DNA of 32,000 nt from Candidatus Methylomirabilis oxygeniifera. GTDB taxonomy: Bacteria > Methylomirabilota > Methylomirabilia > Methylomirabilales > Methylomirabilaceae. Positions within the stretch are counted from its first letter, which is position 1; the number at the start of each line of letters is the position of its first letter. A program made the position numbers and the translations under genes. Positions 8,070 through 16,323 of this stretch are shown one piece after another. The notes under the pieces are model-generated. The model was not told the DNA's origin. It saw only the letters and a list, made by a program, of their open reading frames with translations, and made no database searches. The stretch spans positions 1,620,001 to 1,652,000 of the forward strand of contig FP565575.1 in the NCBI GenBank assembly GCA_000091165.1. The letters are read 5' to 3'.

Positions 8070-9233
8070 TCACAACCACCTCAACAGATCGTACTTCAGC
8101 CAGCCGAAGCTTCGCGCAAGCGCCAGACCGGGACCCACTGGACCGAGCCAAATAAAGGCCCATCCCACAAACAATCCGGCGATGCCGGACGTGATAAGTG
8201 CAGCGAGAAAGCAACCGGCGATGACGAGCCTCTCGAACCGTGCCAGGTACCGATCGTTAATGCCACCGGCCGCATGCTGGCTGTGCCCACGATAGACCCA
8301 CCTGGTGGGCGCCCTCACAATCCACGGCGTGATAATAGCCCACGCCAGAAACCCAAGCACGACCACAATGAGATCCTTCTCAGGCATAATATCATTGATC
8401 CCGGCGAGAACCATAAAGGATAGGAGCGTGGTCCACACGAGCGTGAGCAGCGCCTTCATGTATCGCAGAACGAGACGCTTGAGGTTCAGATTATGACGAA
8501 TCAGCGACAGTTCAGTTTTTGCCACCTCCGTAACCAGGTCATGGTTGTATGCGCCGGCAAGACCGAACGCCGCGCACAAGGCGGATCGATCGTCTTCATG
8601 ATCTGTCGGACACTCCTCGAGCCACGAATCATCAGGAAGCGCTACCTGCTTTTCCTCCTCTTCCTCTTCTCTTTCCTTTTCTATAAGGGCTTTGAACCAA
8701 TGCTTGTCTTTATGTACGTGAGGGAGGACGGAGTGCTTCAGTGACGATCCGAACTGAATCGCACGAAGCTGTTTTTTCAGATCCGAGGGTTCATCATCAC
8801 TAAAGGGTATCGCTGTCAGCGAAAACCTGGGATGGAATATCGGCTTATCGGTTTTCCCGAGAGCTACATTTTTAGGGGTATTGACGCTGAAGTAGAACAA
8901 CGTCAGATCTTGAAGCAAAAGCCAGAGCGCATAGACAGGGATCGTGTAGGCGATCACCACGGGAAGACCGAGCGCGATGACGATAAGAAGAGACGGGAGG
9001 TTCCACTGCACCGACAGCATGGGAACGGCTTTATTGATGACACCGAATACCTGAACAGGCGCGTCTCGAAGGAATGTCGGCAGCAGCAACAATAGGCCCG
9101 CACCGCCCAGGAACGCCCCCGCGATGCGGTGCATCGTGGAGAGCCTGACCTCTGCGCGCTGAAGGTAGGCGCGAAGCGCATTCTTATTATCCGGTGCGGT
9201 CGTTTTACTGGACATGCGTTTTTCCTCATTCAT
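8070..9233 (-). CDS. hypothetical multi-pass membrane protein
   Basis: ORF 8070..9245; start at Met5. Two hydrophobic segments, a soluble middle domain with EKEREEEEEEKQ, then two more hydrophobic segments. No family recognised. Confidence 0.65.
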   Translation of the reverse strand: MNEEKRMSSKTTAPDNKNALRAYLQRAEVRLSTMHRIAGAFLGGAGLLLLLPTFLRDAPVQVFGVINKAVPMLSVQWNLPSLLIVIALGLPVVIAYTIPVYALWLLLQDLTLFYFSVNTPKNVALGKTDKPIFHPRFSLTAIPFSDDEPSDLKKQLRAIQFGSSLKHSVLPHVHKDKHWFKALIEKEREEEEEEKQVALPDDSWLEECPTDHEDDRSALCAAFGLAGAYNHDLVTEVAKTELSLIRHNLNLKRLVLRYMKALLTLVWTTLLSFMVLAGINDIMPEKDLIVVVLGFLAWAIITPWIVRAPTRWVYRGHSQHAAGGINDRYLARFERLVIAGCFLAALITSGIAGLFVGWAFIWLGPVGPGLALARSFGWLKYDLLRWL

Positions 9234-9330
9234 CGTGCTACCCAACGAGGCTACGGGTTAGCGGCAGTCAGAAGACGGATGGGATACGCCCCGCTCCCGA
9301 TGCGCAACGCACAACGTCCGCATCACCGGT

Positions 9331-9774
9331 CTAGTGTGAGCGGTGCGCTTTACCGCGTCCGGCTCTACGCTGTTGCTGGGTCTTTAGTTTCTCCCAGAAC
9401 TGCCTCGGAGAGAGGATCACGAGATTCTCGACGTGACCGATATTCAAGAGCTCCTGGTCACCTGTCACGAACACATCGGCTCCAGCCGATATCGCCGCCG
9501 ACAGAATGAGCAGGTCATGCTGATCTTCGATGTCGACCCCAGGCGGTTGGTTCGGCTGCGCCAGCACACTCTCGTGCTGCAATAGCTCAATGAAATCAGC
9601 GATCAAGTCTTGCGGGACACCGAACTTACTCCGTAAGACACGTCTCAGCTCGCTCAGCACGTGTGCGGAAGTCAGAAGCTCATGTGAAGCCAGCACCTCG
9701 CGCAGCACGTCTGCGCACAGTCCGCGAGTTGCCGCTGCACTGGCCAAGACATTAGTATCCAGGAAAACCCTCAC
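9331..9774 (-). CDS. PIN-domain protein, putative type II toxin (VapC-like)
   Basis: MRVFLDTNVLASAAATRG... DLLILSAAISAGADVFVTGDQELL: PIN-domain acidic residues in the expected positions; overlaps the upstream antitoxin-like gene by 4 nt. Confidence 0.86.
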   Translation of the reverse strand: MRVFLDTNVLASAAATRGLCADVLREVLASHELLTSAHVLSELRRVLRSKFGVPQDLIADFIELLQHESVLAQPNQPPGVDIEDQHDLLILSAAISAGADVFVTGDQELLNIGHVENLVILSPRQFWEKLKTQQQRRAGRGKAHRSH

Positions 9775-9992
9775 GATACCTTGACGAACACGTCTTCGTC
9801 CGTCAGGTACCCACGCGCCTCCGCAAACGGCATGATCTTGCGCCGCAATGCCTCGAACTGGCTGATCCGAAGCTGGCGACGAAGGGCCTCTCGGGCGACC
9901 TCGCTCCGGTTTCTTCCTGACCGACGACTCGCCTTGGTCAATAGGTCGTCCAGATCCTTATCAAGTCTGATGGTGAGGCTGCTTGTTTTCAT
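9771..9992 (-). CDS. ribbon-helix-helix putative antitoxin
   Basis: Met at 9992: MKTSSLTIRLDKDLDDLLTKASRRSGRNRSEVAREALRRQL, RHH/CopG-type N-terminus; ATGA overlap with the PIN gene. Confidence 0.83.
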   Translation of the reverse strand: MKTSSLTIRLDKDLDDLLTKASRRSGRNRSEVAREALRRQLRISQFEALRRKIMPFAEARGYLTDEDVFVKVS

Positions 9993-9997
9993 GTCAT

Positions 9998-10025
9998 ACA
10001 CTGTAGGACACTTCGGTTGTAGTGT
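9998..10025. promoter_or_regulatory. operator-like repeats upstream of the toxin-antitoxin pair
   Basis: ACACT (9998-10002), ACACT (10008-10012) and inverted AGTGT (10021-10025), immediately upstream of the antitoxin start. Confidence 0.35.
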
Positions 10026-10140
10026 CAATGATAGTATTCGGCTCAACGGGGCTGCGGATCAGCGGTGAGCGGAGGCGCGAGCAAGCTCGCGTGGACGACT
10101 GTCCGCCGCAGCCGCTTAATGGGCACCTCTTCTCCCCGCG

Positions 10141-10644
10141 TTACGCCGCCTTTGCCGTGGCTCGAACGGCCTCCAGTGTGGACAGCAGTTCGTCGAGCTG
10201 GACCATGCTGAACAGTCCATCCGGACCACGCGGCGTAAGATCGGTGAACGGCGACTCGTACAGCGCGCCGGGCTCGACAATACCATGCTCCGTCAAGTGA
10301 TCCACGACTAGGTTAATGAACTCGATCTGATTCGCCGATAGCGCCTTGCCCACGATGAAGCTCGCCATGGCGTCCTTGGCTGCCCCGCGATCCAACCCGA
10401 CGAGTGAACGCACGAAGCTGTAGAGCACGAGCGAAGCGTTAGGCAGGTGGGCCGAGAGCGCGTCCAGCCGACCGAGCGCTACCAGCGCATCGTCGAAGCG
10501 GCGCCGCAGTGCGGACGACCACACAATCGGCGGGTCGGGCGGCAACGCCGCCGGTACGAACGCGCGAAAGCGCTCGCCGGCTGTGGCCATCTCGACGTAG
10601 ATTCCGGGTGGGGATCTGCGCATGGAGTGAACATCCTCAAACAA
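10141..10644 (-). pseudogene. chimeric ORF: Fic_N-like N-terminus joined to type I restriction HsdR C-terminus
   Basis: Residues about 8-79 (PPGIYVEMATAGERFRAFVPAALPPDPPIVW...ALVALGRLDALSAHLPNASLVLYSFVR) resemble the N-terminal domain of Fic/DUF4172-type proteins. Residues about 80-167 (SLVGLDRGAAKDAMASFIVGKALSANQIEFINLVVDHLTEHGIVEPGALYESPFTDLTPRGPDGLF) resemble the HsdR C-terminus. Confidence 0.8.
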
Positions 10645-10774
10645 GAACTTCTGTTATTTTAACTTCGTTGTGTAACATAAATCAATGAGACCCTTTGGTT
10701 CAGCTTCCAGCGGTCGGCCCGCTCGCTGGAGGAAGGCGGACTGACTCATGCCTTTACGGGTACGGAGACGGACT

Positions 10775-10830
10775 TGTCACAGTTTGGTGTCACAGCTTGT
10801 CATAGCTCCGCGTCACAGTCTGTCACAGCG
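10775..10830. repeat. short tandem repeat, 23-bp period
   Basis: TCACAG/TCATAG at 10777, 10790, 10800, 10813, 10823, i.e. a (13+10)-bp spacing pattern repeating every 23 bp; last copy includes the stop codon of the fic gene. Confidence 0.7.
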
Positions 10831-11893
10831 ACTTACCTTTGGCGGGTACATACTGTCGGTTCGGATCGGTTAATGCGGCACCCACCACCTCCAGTAACCC
10901 TTTCTCGACCAAGGATTGCAGATCGCGCTGAAGCGAGCGGCGGCTGACATCCGGAAATCGCGGCTCCAGCTCGCCGAGTGAAAGTATGCCCGCCGCATGG
11001 ACCTCTACCAGCACCGCGCCCTGGCGCCCCGTCAACCGATGGTGACGCGCCAGTAATTCAGCCCGGACGACCGCGATATCCCGCTCCTTGACCTCCTCAA
11101 GCTGAGATGCCAGCCCATGAACGAAGTACTCCAACCAGCCGGTCATGTCCATGCCGTGCTCGCGCACCCCTTGAAGGGCCGCGTAGAACGGGCCCCGGTC
11201 GCGATCGTAGAACTCGCTCAACGCGAACAGACGTTTGAAGTCATAGCCCGCGCGGTACAGGCAGAGCATCGACAGCAATCGGGAGGTACGCCCGTTGCCG
11301 TCCTTGAACGGATGGATGTGCACAAGCTGGAACTGCGCGATGCCGGACACCAATACCGGGTGCACGCCGGTATCCGCGCGCAACCATTCTACAAGCTCGC
11401 GCATCAGCGGCGGTACCTGCTCCGGGGGAGGTGGCGTGTAGATCGCCTCGCGCGTCCGGCTGTTCACGACATAGTTCTGGGTGGTGCGGTAGCGGCCTGG
11501 ATTGGCCGTGCCTCCGCGCACGCCTTCGACCAGCCGCTTGTGGATCTCGCGGATCAAGCCTTCCGTCACCGGCTCGCCGCTCCCCAGGTAGTCCGAGACC
11601 AAGTTGAAGGCCTCGCGGTAATTGAGTAACTCGCGGACGTCGTCTTTGCTCGCCTCCTTCACCGCCTGGCCGGTCCACAATCGCTCCGCCTGTTCGAGCG
11701 TGAGTTGGGTACCCTCGATGTGCGTCGTGTGATGCGCTTCCAGCAGCAGAGCTCGCGCGCTCATACGCTCGATTAACCCCTCCGAGAGCGTCGCCGCCTC
11801 CAGGAAACCGCGCGCCCGCTCGATAGCCGCGAGCGAGGCCGTGATCGGGTTCGTGATCGTGAATCGCGGTGCAAAGCCGGCCACAGCTACCAC
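10823..11893 (-). CDS. Fic family protein (putative AMPylase/nucleotidyl transferase) with C-terminal winged-helix-like domain
   Basis: Fic motif [12 protein letters not shown]; inhibitory-helix-like motif TTHIEG near the N-terminus; C-terminal [35 protein letters not shown] start. Confidence 0.93.
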   Translation of the reverse strand: MVAVAGFAPRFTITNPITASLAAIERARGFLEAATLSEGLIERMSARALLLEAHHTTHIEGTQLTLEQAERLWTGQAVKEASKDDVRELLNYREAFNLVSDYLGSGEPVTEGLIREIHKRLVEGVRGGTANPGRYRTTQNYVVNSRTREAIYTPPPPEQVPPLMRELVEWLRADTGVHPVLVSGIAQFQLVHIHPFKDGNGRTSRLLSMLCLYRAGYDFKRLFALSEFYDRDRGPFYAALQGVREHGMDMTGWLEYFVHGLASQLEEVKERDIAVVRAELLARHHRLTGRQGAVLVEVHAAGILSLGELEPRFPDVSRRSLQRDLQSLVEKGLLEVVGAALTDPNRQYVPAKGKSL

Positions 11894-12036
11894 TCCCCCT
11901 GAAAGGCGTCGTCGAGCCTGCGGATGAACAGCAGGTAGGTGATCTGCTCGATCACCTCCAGCGGATTGGAAATGCCCCCGGACCAGAACGCATCCCAGGT
12001 GCGATCGATCTGGCTCTTGATGTCGCCGGTGATCAT
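11887..12036 (-). pseudogene. truncated HsdM (type I DNA methyltransferase) N-terminus
   Basis: Manual translation from ATG 12036: [49 protein letters not shown]; matches the well-known HsdM N-terminal pattern and then stops. Confidence 0.85.
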
Positions 12037-12245
12037 AGTCTGATCCTTGTTAGCGAGGTTATGCGCCGATAAACACCTGAGATGTGCCTAACGGATGGCC
12101 TCTGATCCACTGCTTTACCGACTCATCGCGTTGTTTCGCGCCGATTCTCCTGCCTTTCTAGGGACTTGTCAAGGTTCGACCTATTGGTATGCTATAGTCA
12201 CTGGTACGCGGGGTATCTTCCGGGCGATAAGAACACAGATGATCA

Positions 12246-12755
12246 ATGAAGAATGAAACAGCGATGCGGTTTGTGGCGGATGCGATGTTGGGTCGATTGG
12301 CCACGTGGCTCCGCCTGTCGGGGTACGATACCCTCTATTGGCGGGGCGACGATGCCAGGCTGGTGCGCCTGGTCCTGGCGGAGAACCGGCTGTTGCTGAC
12401 CCGAGACACCCACCTGCCTCCTCGGCTGCCGCCCCATCTGATTTGCTTGATCGAGAGCGATCACTACGATGCGCAACTCGGTCAGGTGGTGGCCCGCTTT
12501 GGGTTGTCGCCACAGATCGGCCGCCTGTGCGCACGATGCAACCTTCCCCTGGAACCGGCTGATAAAACTGCGGTCCGTGCCGAGGTCCCTCCGTTCGTCT
12601 GGCAGACCCAGGAGCGGTTCGCCCGCTGCCCTGGTTGCCTTCGGATCTACTGGGAGGGAACGCATTACGCCCGGATGCTGGAGACGCTTGATCGCTTGCC
12701 TGGCCGGCAGACAGGGGTCGCGGCCATGAGGAAGGAGAACAGCCAATGCGCGTGA
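12246..12755 (+). CDS. Mut7-C RNAse-domain protein
   Basis: RFVADAMLGRLATWLRLSGYDTLYW...LLLTRDTHL... and two Cys pairs CARCNLPL / CPGCLRIYWEGTHYARM. Confidence 0.88.
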   Translation: MKNETAMRFVADAMLGRLATWLRLSGYDTLYWRGDDARLVRLVLAENRLLLTRDTHLPPRLPPHLICLIESDHYDAQLGQVVARFGLSPQIGRLCARCNLPLEPADKTAVRAEVPPFVWQTQERFARCPGCLRIYWEGTHYARMLETLDRLPGRQTGVAAMRKENSQCA

Positions 12756-13681
12756 GCTTCATGGGCACACCCGCGTTCGCCCTGCCATCGCTTACGGCGC
12801 TCATGGCCGCGGGCCACGACATCTGCCTGGTCGTGACCCAACCGGATCGGCCGGCGGGGCGCGGCCGCGTGCCTACCCCCCCACCGGTGAAACTCGCCGC
12901 CCAGGAGCTCGGGCTTCCGATCCTGCAGCCGGAAAAGGTGGGCGAGTCGGCAATTATCTCGGCGTTGCAGGCGGCCCAGCCTGAAGCCATCATCGTTGTC
13001 GCCTACGGTCAGCTTCTGCCGAAGCCGATCCTCACCCTGCCGCCGTATGGTTGCCTCAATCTCCATGCGTCGCTCCTGCCGAAGTATCGTGGTGCGGCGC
13101 CGATCCCACAGGCCATCATCCAAGGAGAGACCGCCACAGGGGTCACCATTATGCAGATTGAGGCGCGGATGGATGCCGGTCCGATCCTCATGCAGCAGCG
13201 CGAGCCTATCGGGCCTCGGGATACCGCCGGGACCGTGGGCGAGCGGCTGGCTGTCATTGGGTCCCAACTGCTGTGCCAGGCCATCGATCAGGTGGCACGC
13301 AAGACAGTCCACCCGATCCCGCAGGACGAGGGTCTTGCGACCTATGCGCCGAAGCTCACCGTCGGCGACACGCATCTGGACTGGGCGCGTGACGCGCGAA
13401 TCCTCGACTGCTTGATTCGTGGCCTGTGTCCCGTGCCGGGTGCCGCGACCAGCTTCGAGGGACGCCGTGTGAAGGTGCTGGAAGCCACGGTGGAGGCAGT
13501 AGTCGACCCCTCTCCCGGCACCGTATGTGCAGTCGATCAGAAAAAGGGGATCCTGATAGCCGCCAGGTCCGGAGGCCTGTGGCTTGCACAGGTGCAACCG
13601 GAGAACCGTCGTGTCATGACCGCAGCGGCGTTTGCCAGTGGGTACCGTGTCCGGCCCGGCGACGTATTCGGGCCATCTTAG
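12746..13681 (+). CDS. fmt: methionyl-tRNA formyltransferase
   Basis: MRVSFMGTPAFALPSL, NLHASLLPKYRGAAPIPQAIIQGETATGVTIMQIEARMDAGPIL. Confidence 0.97.
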   Translation: MRVSFMGTPAFALPSLTALMAAGHDICLVVTQPDRPAGRGRVPTPPPVKLAAQELGLPILQPEKVGESAIISALQAAQPEAIIVVAYGQLLPKPILTLPPYGCLNLHASLLPKYRGAAPIPQAIIQGETATGVTIMQIEARMDAGPILMQQREPIGPRDTAGTVGERLAVIGSQLLCQAIDQVARKTVHPIPQDEGLATYAPKLTVGDTHLDWARDARILDCLIRGLCPVPGAATSFEGRRVKVLEATVEAVVDPSPGTVCAVDQKKGILIAARSGGLWLAQVQPENRRVMTAAAFASGYRVRPGDVFGPS

Positions 13682-13691
13682 AGGCATACAG

Positions 13692-15050
13692 ATGCACGCA
13701 CGGCGGCTCGCATTCGAGATATTAACCCAAGTAGAGGAGCAGCAGGCCTACGCTAGCCTGCTGCTGGACGCCAAGTTAAAACAGGCCCGCCTCTCGCAAC
13801 AGGATCGGGCGCTGGCAACCGAATTAACGTACGGCGTCCTCCGCTGGCAGGGTCGTCTCGACTACCTGTTGGCCGCCGTGACCGACCGCCCCTGGGACAG
13901 GGTCGATCCGGCTCTGCGCCGCCTGCTGCGTCTTGGCGCCTATCAGATACTCTTTTTAACGCGTGTTCCGGCCTATGCCGCCGTGAACGAGACCGTCGCC
14001 CTGGCCCAGGATGTCATGCGCAGTCAACTCAAGCCTGTTGCCAAAGCCTTCGTCAATGCGATTTTGCGTCGATTGTTGGAGCGGCATGCAACGATCCGCT
14101 TTCCTGATCCGTCCGGCGATCCGGTCGGCGCCCTCGCTGCGCGCTGGTCACACCCGTCCTGGCTGGTCGCCCGATGGCTGAAACGGCTGGGACCGGAGGA
14201 AACCGAGGCGCTGCTCAAGGCCAACAATGATACTTCGGCGCTATCAGTCATGGTCAACCTCGTCAAGCGTCAGCCTGAGGAGGTCCAGGAGCGCCTTACC
14301 CGCATCGCGGGATCGGTGACGCCTGGCCGCTTCGTCTCGGGCGCTTTTCACCTCAACGATGGCGCCGAGGCGCTGCGGGACCCGGCATTTGCGGACGGCT
14401 GGTACTTCCCGATGGATGAGGCGGCGGCCTTGCCAGTTCTTATGCTGAATCCCCAACCTGGCGACGTCGTGTTGGATGCCTGCTCCGGCGGCGGCGGGAA
14501 GACGGCCTTGCTCCTGGGACGGCTCGGCGGACAAGGGAGAGTGATCGCGCTCGACCCGAGCGCTCGCGCTCACCGGCGCCTCCGAGAGGCCAGGACGCGC
14601 CTGTCTCTTGATCGAGTCTTCCCGGTCCAGGCTGATGCCAGGCAGGCCGCGCAGCTCTTCACGCGCCAGGTGGACAGGATTTTGGTCGATGCGCCGTGCA
14701 GCGGCCTCGGCACCTTGAGACGCCATCCCGAGCGGAGGTGGCAGCAGCAAGAGGCAGGCTTAGCAGCCTTGGCGCGCCTGCAACTTGAGCTGCTGCATGG
14801 TGTCGCGCCGGTACTTAGGCCTGGTGGGTTCCTGGTCTATAGTACCTGTTCGCTTGAACCGGAGGAGACCGACGTCGTGGTCGAGACGTTTCTGCGCGAC
14901 TTCCCGGAGTTTGTCGCCGCTGATACCAGCGGCGGGCTTCCTGCAACGGTCGCAGGGCTGATCGATTCCAAGGGCGCCCTTCGCACCTGGCCGCACCGGC
15001 ACGGACTCGACGGCTTCTACGCTATTCGGCTCCGTAGGCGGGACAGATGA
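13692..15050 (+). CDS. rsmB: 16S rRNA (cytosine-5)-methyltransferase RsmB (Sun)
   Basis: NusB-like N-terminus (ARRLAFEILTQVEEQQAYASLLLD), SAM motif DACSGGGGKTALLL, catalytic DAPCSGLGTLRRHPE and YSTCSLEPEE. Start moved to Met 13692. Confidence 0.94.
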   Translation: MHARRLAFEILTQVEEQQAYASLLLDAKLKQARLSQQDRALATELTYGVLRWQGRLDYLLAAVTDRPWDRVDPALRRLLRLGAYQILFLTRVPAYAAVNETVALAQDVMRSQLKPVAKAFVNAILRRLLERHATIRFPDPSGDPVGALAARWSHPSWLVARWLKRLGPEETEALLKANNDTSALSVMVNLVKRQPEEVQERLTRIAGSVTPGRFVSGAFHLNDGAEALRDPAFADGWYFPMDEAAALPVLMLNPQPGDVVLDACSGGGGKTALLLGRLGGQGRVIALDPSARAHRRLREARTRLSLDRVFPVQADARQAAQLFTRQVDRILVDAPCSGLGTLRRHPERRWQQQEAGLAALARLQLELLHGVAPVLRPGGFLVYSTCSLEPEETDVVVETFLRDFPEFVAADTSGGLPATVAGLIDSKGALRTWPHRHGLDGFYAIRLRRRDR

Positions 15051-15631
15051 GACTCCTCCGACTGATTGGCAAAGGACTGGCGTGGGCCATAATCCTGACC
15101 GCAGTGGCTGTCGTGAGCGGCGCCATCACGGTGTGGTTTGCTACCGAAAAGGATAAGGTCCAGCTTCCGCGCGTAATCGGAATGGACGCCACGGCGGCGC
15201 TCGAACTGCTGCGCGAGCAGGGGCTCCAGCCGAAGGTGAGCGGCCGGGAGTATAACGAGAAGATTCCGAAGGATGCCGTCCTGTTCCAACGGCCGGCCAG
15301 TGGCTCGTGGGTGCAGACAAACAGCGAGGTCCGTTTGGTGGTCAGTCAAGGGGGCGATGCAGTGGCGCTTCCGCCTCTCGCCGGGCTGCCCCTACCTGAG
15401 GCTCAGCAGCTTCTCCAGCGATATGGCTTCACCCTTGGCCGGGTAGCGAAGGTTCATTCGTCGGAGCGGCCGAATGGAGAGGTGATCACCCAGGATCCCG
15501 AAGCCGGCGCCATCGTCCGGAGGGGAAGCCCGGTTGCCGTCCTACTGAGCCTTGGCCCGCTTGAGGAGCCGCCTCCCGCACTCACATTGCCTTCCTTGAG
15601 CCTGCGCGAACCGCACAGCACGAAACGATGA
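15047..15631 (+). CDS. membrane-anchored PASTA-domain protein
   Basis: N-terminal TM helix, then two PASTA-like repeats (VQLPRVIGMDATAALELLREQGLQPKV..., ALPPLAGLPLPEAQQLLQRYGFTLGRV...); 4-nt overlap with rsmB. Confidence 0.87.
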   Translation: MRLLRLIGKGLAWAIILTAVAVVSGAITVWFATEKDKVQLPRVIGMDATAALELLREQGLQPKVSGREYNEKIPKDAVLFQRPASGSWVQTNSEVRLVVSQGGDAVALPPLAGLPLPEAQQLLQRYGFTLGRVAKVHSSERPNGEVITQDPEAGAIVRRGSPVAVLLSLGPLEEPPPALTLPSLSLREPHSTKR

Positions 15632-15849
15632 GATGTTCGGCGTCTTGAAGCTGACCTTATACCCGACGAGTTATAAGTGGCGGTTCATCCCGGTCGCCGG
15701 AGGATAATTCACAGATGCGGGTACGGGGCGATGCCACCAGCTTGACACGGTGGCGGATCGATTGATACACTCTTTCCCATGCGTGATGTGGGTAGAGTTG
15801 CTCGGCTCCCGCTTGGGCGACGAGCGAACACTTGGGGGGCTAGGCTTCC

Positions 15850-16188
15850 GTGATAAGTCGTGGTCAAAGAGCTTTTGCTCTTGCCTTTACGTTACTCGTT
15901 GTGTACATGGGATCACCAGGCATTCATATGGAAATTATCGGTTCCCACGATCATTCCCATTCGATCCCTCTCGAGAACCAACCTGCCGCTCACCGCTCGC
16001 ATAGGAACCTGCCTGAACAAACAAGCCAACCGATTCCTCACTGCGATCTCGAGGTGAACCAAGCAGCCAATTCACCCTCGTTTACTTTAGATCCACCAGG
16101 ATGCGTCGAGCAGTGTAACGCTCGGCCTGCGCCTTCCCCCTCTTCCATCACGTTGGATCCACCTTTTCTACCCCCTCGCCAGGCGTAG
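15850..16188 (+). CDS. small His-containing membrane-anchored/secreted protein, hypothetical
   Basis: GTG-start ORF upstream of the czcCBA-like operon: MISRGQRAFALAFTLLVVYMGSPGIHMEIIGSHDHSHS...; N-terminal hydrophobic segment followed by HDHSHS. Confidence 0.45.
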   Translation: MISRGQRAFALAFTLLVVYMGSPGIHMEIIGSHDHSHSIPLENQPAAHRSHRNLPEQTSQPIPHCDLEVNQAANSPSFTLDPPGCVEQCNARPAPSPSSITLDPPFLPPRQA

Positions 16189-16323
16189 TTCTCCTTTCCT
16201 TTCTTACGACCGTTTCGTTCGTGACGAGGTGTGAATCGAGCGCCATTGTGATTCTTTCCCCTCACTGCGGACGATCAATCCTCCTGCGGCATATAAGATC
16301 GGCCTATCGTTCGAGGTGTATTG

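Noticed and set aside
10775-10830. CRISPR-like short array
   Set aside because: Period is 23 bp with 6-8-bp conserved cores only; too short and imperfect for CRISPR repeats plus spacers.
12665-13687. Long antisense ORF (340 aa, minus strand)
   Set aside because: Opposite strand of fmt, which has unambiguous motifs.
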